From assembly GCA_016699085.1 (NCBI GenBank), contig CP064958.1, positions 409,375 to 473,374 on the forward strand: a DNA stretch of 64,000 bases, read 5' to 3'. Positions 57,213 through 64,000 of the stretch are shown here, piece by piece (within the stretch, counting starts at the first letter, position 1; each line of letters starts with the position of its first letter). The stretch is from Candidatus Nomurabacteria bacterium. Its GTDB lineage: Bacteria; Patescibacteriota; Minisyncoccia; Phycocordibacterales; UBA9973. A program made the position numbers and the translations under genes. The notes under the pieces were generated by a model, which ran no database searches, was not told the DNA's origin, and worked only from the letters and a program-made list of their open reading frames with translations.

Positions 57213-58634
57213 ATGATACCAATACATGATCTTACAATTGAAAAAGCACATGAGCACCTTACTAATGGTGATTTCAGTGTTTGGGAATTATGCCAAGCAT
57301 ATCTAGAAAATATTACAGCAAGGAATACTGAACTTAATATTTATCTGGAAGTGTTTGATGATATACAAACACAAGCGCAAGCTGCTCAGGAGCGTTTTAT
57401 AAATGGTACTGCGACACTTTTGACAGGCATTCCATTTGCTATGAAAGATAATATGTTGATAAAAGGCAAACGAGTGACAGCAGGATCAAAAATATTAGCT
57501 AATTACAAAGCGACATATGATGGCACGGTGTCAAAACTTCTCAAGGATGCTGGTGTGATTTTCCTTGGTCGAGCCAATATGGATGAATTTGCTCAAGGAA
57601 GTTCAACTGAAAATTCAGCATTTGGTGTAACAAAAAATCCTCTCGATAGTAGTCGTGTACCAGGAGGTTCTTCAGGAGGATCGGCTGCTGCTGTTGCTGC
57701 AAATATGGCATTAGTGTCACTCGGATCTGATACGGGGGGATCGATTCGTCAGCCAGCTGCATTTTGTGGGCTCGTTGGACTCAAGCCGACATACGATACT
57801 GTTTCTCGTTACGGACTTATTGCACTTGCGTCGTCACTTGATCAGATTGGACCAATGACAAAATCTGTACGTGATGCAGAAATTATTTTTGATACGTTAA
57901 ATAAGTATGATCCACTGGATGCAACATCAATGCCGACTGCCATGCGTCACATGAAGCATGATAGTTCAAATAAAAAGATCGGTGTACCAAGAGCATTTCT
58001 TACGGGTGAGGGAATCGACAAGGGAGTGCTTGAGAATTTCAACACAAGTTTGGAACGAATGAAAGTATTAGGGTATGAAATTATTGATATTGATTTGCCA
58101 CTTATGCCGTATTCACTGGCTGTCTATTATGTGTTGCAGCCAGCAGAAGCTTCTTCGAACTTATCGCGCTTTGATGGGGTGAAATATGGGTTGAAAGATA
58201 AAGGTGCTGATCTGCTTGCAACATATATGCAAACGAGAGGTAGTGGTTTTGGAATGGAGACACGGCGAAGGATATTATTGGGTACCTACGTACTATCTCA
58301 TGGTTATTATGATGCGTACTACAGGAAAGCAGTCAATGTCCGTGATCAGATTACAGCTGAACTTGATCGAGCATTTGAAACGGTTGCTATAATTGCCACA
58401 CCAACGACACCAACGCCAGCATTTAAGATTGGAGAAAAGACTACTGATCCGGTCCAAATGTATTTGTCAGATATTTTTACTGTACCAGCAAACATTGCTG
58501 GTAATCCAGCGATCTCAGTTCCTTCAGGGGAAAGCAATCAGGGATTGCCGTATGGCATACAATTTATGGCACCACATTTTGGTGAGAAAGTACTTTTTGC
58601 TATTGGTAAGGAATTTGAAAAAAGCGTACAATAG
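57213..58634 (+). CDS. gatA: Asp/Glu-tRNA amidotransferase subunit A (amidase signature)
   Basis: GGSSGGSAAAVAA amidase signature, Ser-cisSer-Lys triad region. Confidence 0.9.
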   Translation: MIPIHDLTIEKAHEHLTNGDFSVWELCQAYLENITARNTELNIYLEVFDDIQTQAQAAQERFINGTATLLTGIPFAMKDNMLIKGKRVTAGSKILANYKATYDGTVSKLLKDAGVIFLGRANMDEFAQGSSTENSAFGVTKNPLDSSRVPGGSSGGSAAAVAANMALVSLGSDTGGSIRQPAAFCGLVGLKPTYDTVSRYGLIALASSLDQIGPMTKSVRDAEIIFDTLNKYDPLDATSMPTAMRHMKHDSSNKKIGVPRAFLTGEGIDKGVLENFNTSLERMKVLGYEIIDIDLPLMPYSLAVYYVLQPAEASSNLSRFDGVKYGLKDKGADLLATYMQTRGSGFGMETRRRILLGTYVLSHGYYDAYYRKAVNVRDQITAELDRAFETVAIIATPTTPTPAFKIGEKTTDPVQMYLSDIFTVPANIAGNPAISVPSGESNQGLPYGIQFMAPHFGEKVLFAIGKEFEKSVQ

Positions 58635-58639
58635 TACAT

Positions 58640-59320
58640 ATGGCAGATGCAAAAGCAAAACCTGCAAGCAGCACAAGTGCAGGTCCTTGGATTATAGCTT
58701 CAGTTGTTGGTATTTTCCTTGCGCTTGTTTTTATTAGTCGTGGTGTGCCTACTACGAATGAAGGGGGATTGCCGACATATTTAAATCTTGAGTATGTTTT
58801 CTATAGGATTGCAGCATTACTTCAGGCAATATGGGAAGCTCTCGTAAATGGTTCAATCTATGCAATACTTGTTGGTATTTTAACTATAGTTGGAATTGCA
58901 ATGGCGATTATTATTGCGTACACCCATATTCGGTCAAAGGAAATTGAAAAGGAGCAAGAAGAAGCAATGAAAAAGGTTGCAATAACGATACCAACTAATG
59001 AGGCCAAAAATCCACGATGGGATAGTGTCAAAAAACATATGGCAACTACCAATGAAAGTGAATGGCGACAGGCGATTATTGATGCAGATATTATTCTTGA
59101 TGAAATGGTGAATCGGATGGGATACAAGGGCGAGAATCTGGGTGAGAAACTAAAGGTAATTGAAGCAAGTGATTTTACTACACTCCAGGATGCATGGGAT
59201 GCGCATAAAGTCAGAAATCAAATCGCTCACGATGGTTCAAATTTTGAGTTGACAGAGCATGAAGCTAAACGAGTCATTGGGCTCTATGAGAGGGTCTTTC
59301 GAGAATTTGATTTTATTTAG
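58640..59320 (+). CDS. hypothetical membrane protein (2 TM) with C-terminal soluble domain
   Basis: 226 aa; TM at aa 16-36 and 62-92. Confidence 0.4.
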   Translation: MADAKAKPASSTSAGPWIIASVVGIFLALVFISRGVPTTNEGGLPTYLNLEYVFYRIAALLQAIWEALVNGSIYAILVGILTIVGIAMAIIIAYTHIRSKEIEKEQEEAMKKVAITIPTNEAKNPRWDSVKKHMATTNESEWRQAIIDADIILDEMVNRMGYKGENLGEKLKVIEASDFTTLQDAWDAHKVRNQIAHDGSNFELTEHEAKRVIGLYERVFREFDFI

Positions 59321-59486
59321 TTTTCTATATCTGGAATAAATAATTTTCTCATCTGCGGAACTCGCAATTTCTATGGAAATTGCTCAGACAAATCCTCGAC
59401 TCGAAAATTACTTATTCTAGACTTTACAATTTTTAGGTTGCAAAATATCCTAATTTGGCTAGAATGGGAAAGCATTACTAAAATCA

Positions 59487-59550
59487 GATCGCGGGTAGAA
59501 ATGGTTATCTCCAGTGAGACTACAGCGCGAATAACCAGAGGTTATGAGTA
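59487..59550 (+). repeat. degenerate partial copy of tRNA-fMet 5' half (pseudo-tRNA)
   Basis: TCGCGGGTAGAAATGGTTATCTC vs tRNA TCGCGGGGTAGAGAAGTGGTTATCTC. Confidence 0.5.
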
Positions 59551-59584
59551 TTGGTAAATGGTATAGTAAGTAATATAAAAATAT

Positions 59585-59656
59585 CGCGGGGTAGAGAAGT
59601 GGTTATCTCATCAGGCTCATAACCTGAAGACGGCCGTTCGAATCGGCCCCCCGCAA
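59585..59656 (+). tRNA. initiator tRNA-fMet (CAU)
   Basis: C1:A72 mismatch, anticodon loop CTCATAA, acceptor CGCGGGG/CCCCGCA, T-arm GGCCG-TTCGAAT-CGGCC; close to E. coli tRNA-fMet. Confidence 0.85.
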
Positions 59657-59796
59657 CACTCCCGCCACAGGCGGGCAAGTCGGCAAGTGACATGCCACAT
59701 CTCATGTCTTTGGGCCGTTGCTTTAGTTAGTGGTGAATATGACGGGTAGGCTTTGCCGAACAATGTCGTCACGATATACTTCGTGGCAATACCATC

Positions 59797-59826
59797 GACA
59801 AAAAGCAAAAATGTTTGCTTTTTGTC
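59797..59826 (+). other. 13-bp perfect hairpin GACAAAAAGCAAA-aatg-TTTGCTTTTTGTC within a hairpin-rich 230-bp tRNA spacer
   Basis: also hairpins 59661-59675, 59689-59708, 59836-59848, 59857-59872. Confidence 0.4.
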
Positions 59827-59886
59827 GGGGTAGCTTCCGCCAAAGGCGGACAAGCAGTCAATATGTTTTGACTTTTACCCGCCAAT

Positions 59887-59959
59887 GACGGAGTAGCTCA
59901 GTTGGTAGAGCACAGGACTCATAAGCCTGGGGTCGCGAGTTCGATCCTCGCCTCCGTCA
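59887..59959 (+). tRNA. tRNA-Met (CAU), elongator type (tRNA-Ile2/lysidine not excluded)
   Basis: acceptor GACGGAG/CTCCGTC, D-arm GCTC-AGTTGGTA-GAGC, anticodon loop CTCATAA, T-arm GCGAG-TTCGATC-CTCGC. Confidence 0.8.
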
Positions 59960-59974
59960 CAGTGTCCGTCATAT

Positions 59975-60020
59975 GGCGGGCATAAGCCCGGGGTCGCGAT
60001 TTCGATCCTCGCCTCCGTCA
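59975..60020 (+). repeat. partial tandem duplicate of tRNA-Met 3' half (anticodon-loop-like to 3' end)
   Basis: GGCGGGCATAAGCCCGGGGTCGCGATTTCGATCCTCGCCTCCGTCA vs tRNA ...ACTCATAAGCCTGGGGTCGCGAGTTCGATCCTCGCCTCCGTCA. Confidence 0.55.
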
Positions 60021-60045
60021 CAGTTACTTGAACATACAATGTTCA

Positions 60046-60135
60046 AGATGATATAAAAAGAGAATAAAATATTTGTGATTGTGGCTGTTTTGGCTAGACA
60101 AGCAAAGATGATATAAAAAGAGAATAAAATATTTG
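60046..60135 (+). repeat. 30-bp perfect direct repeat (AGATGATATAAAAAGAGAATAAAATATTTG) x2; the first copy followed by a degenerate tRNA 5' half, the second by tRNA-Asp
   Basis: copies at 60046-60075 and 60106-60135. Confidence 0.7.
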
Positions 60136-60208
60136 CGACCGTAGCTCAGCTGGTTAGAGCGCCCGCCTGTCACGTGGGAGGTCGCCGGTTCAAGTCCGGT
60201 CGGTCGCG
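60135..60208 (+). tRNA. tRNA-Asp (GUC)
   Basis: acceptor GCGACCG/CGGTCGC, anticodon loop CTGTCAC, T-arm GCCGG-TTCAAGT-CCGGT. Confidence 0.9.
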
Positions 60209-60239
60209 CAAGAATTTGGTATTAAAAAAATTTTAATCT

Positions 60240-61235
60240 ATGAAATATACATTTAAAGCATTGACCCTGTTTATTGGACTTACGGCTATACTGTTCGTAT
60301 TTTTCGTCTTTAATATCAATTCTAGTAATGGTAGTAGTACACTGGCTTTTGGTTCTGTATCTAATTTAAATATTGAGACACTAAATAACTGGCGTGCAGC
60401 TGGTGGTTTTACACGAGAACTTCAGTTAGGTAATCACGGAGGGGATGTAAGCTATTTACAAAAATATTTGCGTAGCATATATCCCAAAAGTATTTCACGC
60501 ATAGACGGTGTGTTCGGTATAGAAACCACAAATGCACTTGCTCTTTTTCAAAAAGACGCATCTTTGCCCATAACTGGCATGTTTGATAAAGAAACAAAAG
60601 AAACAATAAATCAATTATTCATAGGAGCCCTTTGCCCCAAGGGTGATGTGGCATATGCTGAGACGTTACTATTGCCGATAAGCAAAACACAAATGGTAGA
60701 TAGAGACTACGCACCATCTGATCTGGTCGTATTACCAGAACAAGTGGTGACGAATGGCATTATATGTCTGAGAACTGAAACAGCAGATGCTTATATTCGT
60801 ATGACCGATGCTGCACGTACTCAAGGGCTCGTTATACGTATTACATCTGGATTTCGGAATTTTGAAATACAAGAATACCTATTTAATTTCTATACTAAAC
60901 TACGAGGTATAGCATATGCGAGTAGAGTAAGTGCATTACCAGGGCATTCAGAACATCAATTAGGGACAACAGTAGATCTCACGGGAGCATCATTGCGCTA
61001 TGTATCAACGAGTCATTCATTTGCGCAGTCACCTGAAGGTAAATGGCTTGCAGCACATGCCGGTGAATATGGCTTTGTGCTAAGTTATCCTAGGGGCAAA
61101 GAATCAATAACAGGTTATACCTATGAGCCGTGGCACTATCGCTATGTAGGGATTGCACATGCAGAAGCACTCAAATCATCTGGTCAAACTCTAAAAGAAT
61201 ATTTGGAAAACCTAGAGACGACAGAACAACTTTAG
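60240..61235 (+). CDS. VanY/M15B-type D,D-carboxypeptidase with peptidoglycan-binding domain
   Basis: PG_binding_1-like GNHGGDVSYLQKYL...DGVFGIETTNAL; zinc ligands SGFRNFEIQ...HSEHQLGTTVDL. Confidence 0.65.
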   Translation: MKYTFKALTLFIGLTAILFVFFVFNINSSNGSSTLAFGSVSNLNIETLNNWRAAGGFTRELQLGNHGGDVSYLQKYLRSIYPKSISRIDGVFGIETTNALALFQKDASLPITGMFDKETKETINQLFIGALCPKGDVAYAETLLLPISKTQMVDRDYAPSDLVVLPEQVVTNGIICLRTETADAYIRMTDAARTQGLVIRITSGFRNFEIQEYLFNFYTKLRGIAYASRVSALPGHSEHQLGTTVDLTGASLRYVSTSHSFAQSPEGKWLAAHAGEYGFVLSYPRGKESITGYTYEPWHYRYVGIAHAEALKSSGQTLKEYLENLETTEQL

Positions 61236-61236
61236 T

Positions 61237-61722
61237 ATGTACCATCCAACAGTTGAAACAATAAAGACACTTTTGGATTCTAAAAGTATTGTGTATGAGG
61301 CATTTGAACATGCTCCTGTTCGGACCAGCGAGGAAGCAGCTAGTATCCGCCATGGGTACACAATCCATCAAGGAGCCAAGGCAATTATTGTGCGTGTAAA
61401 AATACCAAACGAAGCTAAAAAATTTATTATGCTCGTTGTGCCTGGGGACATGCGCTTTAGCGAAAGGCAACTGAAAGCAAATCTTGGTATTACAGAAGTT
61501 AGATTTGCAACAGAAGTCGAAGTAGGCGAGATAACGGATGGCATACTTCCAGGGGGAGTACCACCATTTGGTAATCTATTTAGCCTAGAAGTCTATGTGG
61601 ATCCAGAAGTTTTAAAAAATGAAAAAATTATTTTTAATGCAGGTGATCGATCGTATTCTATCGCAATGAAAGCGGCGGATTATGAGAAAATAGTTACCCC
61701 TACAATTGTCCAGATTACTTAA
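61237..61722 (+). CDS. ybaK: YbaK/ProX-family aminoacyl-tRNA deacylase
   Basis: GGVPPFG motif, size 161 aa. Confidence 0.65.
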   Translation: MYHPTVETIKTLLDSKSIVYEAFEHAPVRTSEEAASIRHGYTIHQGAKAIIVRVKIPNEAKKFIMLVVPGDMRFSERQLKANLGITEVRFATEVEVGEITDGILPGGVPPFGNLFSLEVYVDPEVLKNEKIIFNAGDRSYSIAMKAADYEKIVTPTIVQIT

Positions 61723-61810
61723 GCTTATTTGCAAAAAAGTAGAAAATCTCTATAGTTGAAGAGTATTTTAAGGTTATTTTCTAATAACCAAAAAAAACGA
61801 TAGCTTGCAT

Positions 61811-61885
61811 GCCGTTGTAGCTGTTTTGGTAGATCTAAAAGTATATATGCTGCCGTAGCTGTTTTGGTAGATCTAAAAGTATATA
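61811..61885 (+). repeat. two tandem ~37-bp repeats, each a degenerate tRNA-Thr 5' end + TAAAAGTATATA
   Basis: GCCGTTGTAGCTGTTTTGGTAGATC vs tRNA GCCGTTGTAGCTCAGTTGGTAGAGC. Confidence 0.65.
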
Positions 61886-61886
61886 A

Positions 61887-61959
61887 GCCGTTGTAGCTCA
61901 GTTGGTAGAGCACGTTCTTGGTAAGAACGAGGTCTCCGGTTCAATCCCGGACAACGGCT
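61887..61959 (+). tRNA. tRNA-Thr (GGU)
   Basis: acceptor GCCGTTG/CAACGGC, anticodon loop TTGGTAA, T-arm TCCGG-TTCAATC-CCGGA. Confidence 0.9.
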
Positions 61960-62080
61960 CATAAAAAACTCTCATTGACTCAAGTCATAGGTGAGTATAG
62001 ACTAATGCAAACCTTTGATAAATAAGGTACTGGCGCTCCTACAAGAGTGTTTTTTAATGTAACCTTTATAAAATAGAAAA

Positions 62081-63547
62081 ATGAATAGACTTAAGAAGAT
62101 TACCTCAAATGGATTAACCTATGATGATGTTCTCATCCTACCTGGTTATTCAGAAGTATTGCCTCGACAAGTGAATACGAGTACAAATCTTACTAAAAAC
62201 ATTCGACTCAACGTTCCGGTGCTTTCAGCGGCCATGGATACCGTCACCGATTGGCAAATGGCTATTGCCATGGCAAGTCAGGGTGGCCTAGGTATTCTGC
62301 ATAAAAATATGTCTATTGAAAGGCAGGCGGAGGCAGTGCGAAGGGTGAAACGAAGTGAAAGTGGTCTCATTATTGATCCGACCACACTTCATCCGGAAGA
62401 TACTATTGGTCAGGCACTGCAGCTCATGAAGGAATTCAAGATCGGTGGCATTCCCATTGTAGACAATGAAAAGAAATTGGTAGGTATCCTTACCAACAGG
62501 GATCTCAGGTTTGAAAAGAATATGAAGCGGAAAATTTTAGAAGTGATGACAAAGGACAGGTTAGTTACCGCACCTGAAGGTACAGATCTGAAAAATGCAG
62601 AAGAAATTCTGCAGGACTATAAGGTTGAGAAACTTCCCGTTGTAGACAAGAAAGGCAAATTAAAAGGTCTTATAACTTATCGGGATATTTTGAAATTAAA
62701 AAGTCATCCAAATGCGTGTAAAGACACCTTTGGACGACTTCTGGTAGGCGCAGCTGTTGGAGTGACGACAGATATATTGGATCGTATAGAAGCTCTTGTT
62801 CACAATGGGGTAGATGTTATTTGTATTGATACTGCGCATGGTCACTCTCATGGGGTACTAGAGTCAGTAAAAAATGTGAAGAAAAAATTCAAACATCTTG
62901 AGGTAATTGCCGGTAATGTAGCGACCAGTGAAGGTGCAGCAGCACTTGCAGAAGCTGGAGCTGATGCTGTAAAAGTTGGCGTAGGTCCAGGATCAATATG
63001 TACTACTCGAATTGTTACAGGGGTAGGCGTACCACAACTTACAGCTGTAATGGAAGCAGCAAGAGGATTGAAGAAATATAATATTCCACTCATTGCAGAC
63101 GGCGGTATTCGATACACTGGTGATATTGTCAAAGCAATCGTAGCCGGTGCTGATGCGGTTATGGCAGGTTCACTTTTTGCAGGACTTGAAGAATCTCCAG
63201 GTGAGACAATTATTTTCGAGGGTCGCAAATTTAAGTCATACAGAGGTATGGGTTCGATCGAAGCTATGCAGGACGGATCCAAAGATCGTTACTTTCAGGA
63301 TGCAGAAGATGACATAAAGAAACTGACTCCTGAAGGAATAGTTGGCCGTGTTCCATATAAAGGGACACTCGCTGAAGTAATGGTGCAGTGTATTGGTGGA
63401 TTACAAGCAGGTATGGGCTATACTGGCTCTCCAGATATTCCAACACTAAAGCAAGCACGATTTGTTCAAATTTCAACTGCGGGTATTCGTGAAAGCCATG
63501 TGCATGATGTGGCAATCACGAATGAAGCACCAAATTACAGTAAATAA
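62081..63547 (+). CDS. guaB: inosine-5'-monophosphate dehydrogenase
   Basis: two CBS domains, catalytic loop [11 protein letters not shown]. Confidence 0.9.
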   Translation: MNRLKKITSNGLTYDDVLILPGYSEVLPRQVNTSTNLTKNIRLNVPVLSAAMDTVTDWQMAIAMASQGGLGILHKNMSIERQAEAVRRVKRSESGLIIDPTTLHPEDTIGQALQLMKEFKIGGIPIVDNEKKLVGILTNRDLRFEKNMKRKILEVMTKDRLVTAPEGTDLKNAEEILQDYKVEKLPVVDKKGKLKGLITYRDILKLKSHPNACKDTFGRLLVGAAVGVTTDILDRIEALVHNGVDVICIDTAHGHSHGVLESVKNVKKKFKHLEVIAGNVATSEGAAALAEAGADAVKVGVGPGSICTTRIVTGVGVPQLTAVMEAARGLKKYNIPLIADGGIRYTGDIVKAIVAGADAVMAGSLFAGLEESPGETIIFEGRKFKSYRGMGSIEAMQDGSKDRYFQDAEDDIKKLTPEGIVGRVPYKGTLAEVMVQCIGGLQAGMGYTGSPDIPTLKQARFVQISTAGIRESHVHDVAITNEAPNYSK

Positions 63548-63590
63548 AATAATTCACAAAAAATTCTTTTCACAAAAATCTCGTTTGAAA

Positions 63591-64000
63591 ATGAAACAGA
63601 TACTAGCAGTTATTCAAGGCTTCATTGATGTCCTTATTGGATTGCAATGGGGTGACGAAGGAAAAGGGAAAATAGTAGATTACTTATTGAATCTATATGA
63701 CATTGTTGTCAGGTTCCAAGGTGGGCCAAACGCAGGTCATACATTGGAATTTGAAGGTAATAAGATTGTTTTGCACTCGTTACCATGCGCTTTTGGTCAA
63801 AAAGATAAAATAGGATGTATGGGTGCCGGTATGGTAGGGAATCCAATTAAAATAGTTAATGAAATCCATGAGCTTGAAAGCCTTGGTATTGAAGTAATCA
63901 GTCGATTATTTATATCCCGGCATATGTCTCTTATTGCACCGTTCCATATCTATCGCGATATGGCTGAAGAGAAGAAGAAAGAAGTATCAACTGGCAAGAA
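63591..64000 (+). CDS. purA: adenylosuccinate synthetase, 3'-truncated by window end
   Basis: QWGDEGKGKIVD P-loop, VVRFQGGPNAGHTL. Confidence 0.85.
   Translation, partial: MKQILAVIQGFIDVLIGLQWGDEGKGKIVDYLLNLYDIVVRFQGGPNAGHTLEFEGNKIVLHSLPCAFGQKDKIGCMGAGMVGNPIKIVNEIHELESLGIEVISRLFISRHMSLIAPFHIYRDMAEEKKKEVSTGK

Noticed and set aside
59830-59860. SRP (4.5S) RNA domain IV (GGCGGACAAGCAG resembles GGAAGCAGC)
   Set aside because: No GNRA tetraloop and no symmetric-loop signature in any of the hairpins. Similarity is limited to 6-7 nt.
61725-61913. 62-aa minus-strand ORF overlapping the tRNA-Thr upstream repeats
   Set aside because: It overlaps the tandem pseudo-tRNA repeats and the tRNA gene itself; composition is typical of random AT-rich ORFs.
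1-64000. CRISPR arrays, rRNA genes, transposases/integrases, prophage genes
   Set aside because: No direct-repeat/spacer arrays, no rRNA-like conserved stretches and no integrase/transposase-like ORFs were seen. The repeat families present are tRNA-derived or short palindromes.

Overview
This 64-kb window looks like a low-GC, gene-dense genome of a Candidate Phyla Radiation (Patescibacteria/Parcubacteria-like) bacterium. The basis is the ribosomal operon lacking L30 (rpmD), an S14 type Z, and a type IV pilus/competence cluster. Content by position: (1) 0.9-10.5 kb: a ribosomal-protein block rpsS-rplV-rpsC-rplP-rpmC-rpsQ-rplN-rplX-rplE, a 635-bp break, then rpsZ-rpsH-rplF-rplR-rpsE-rplO-secY-adk-map. 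(2) 11.5-18.2 kb: a large VirD4/TraG-like P-loop ATPase, NUDIX, ndk, a VanZ-like membrane protein, a beta-CASP metallo-beta-lactamase and a LOG-like protein. (3) 18.2-19.4 kb: the infC-rpmI-rplT operon on the minus strand; 19.5-20.3 kb: truB. (4) 21.8-23.6 kb: a two-gene cassette, a KamA-family radical-SAM aminomutase plus an MJ0570/Dph6-like PP-loop amidoligase, bounded by inverted copies of one terminator hairpin. (5) 23.6-24.6 kb: tmRNA (ssrA, minus strand) and smpB, then ftsH. (6) 28.5 kb: tRNA-Ile(UAU); 29-32.7 kb: a 1254-aa membrane protein; then recG. (7) 36-42.7 kb: two two-component systems; 38.1-39.3 kb: two tRNA-Ser genes embedded in tRNA-3'-end-derived repeat elements that flank a NUDIX gene; guaA. 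(8) 42.7-54.8 kb: comFC and a complete type IV pilus locus (pilMNO, pilB, pilT, pilC, major pilin, pilD, four minor pilins). (9) 54.9-58.6 kb: ligA, gatC, gatA. (10) 59.5-62 kb: tRNA-fMet, tRNA-Met, tRNA-Asp and tRNA-Thr, each accompanied by partial tandem duplicates. (11) 60.2-61.7 kb: a VanY-like carboxypeptidase and ybaK; then guaB and a 3'-truncated purA. No rRNA, CRISPR or recognisable transposase/integrase was seen. All calls rest on reading the sequence and the ORF translations by eye; no searches were run.
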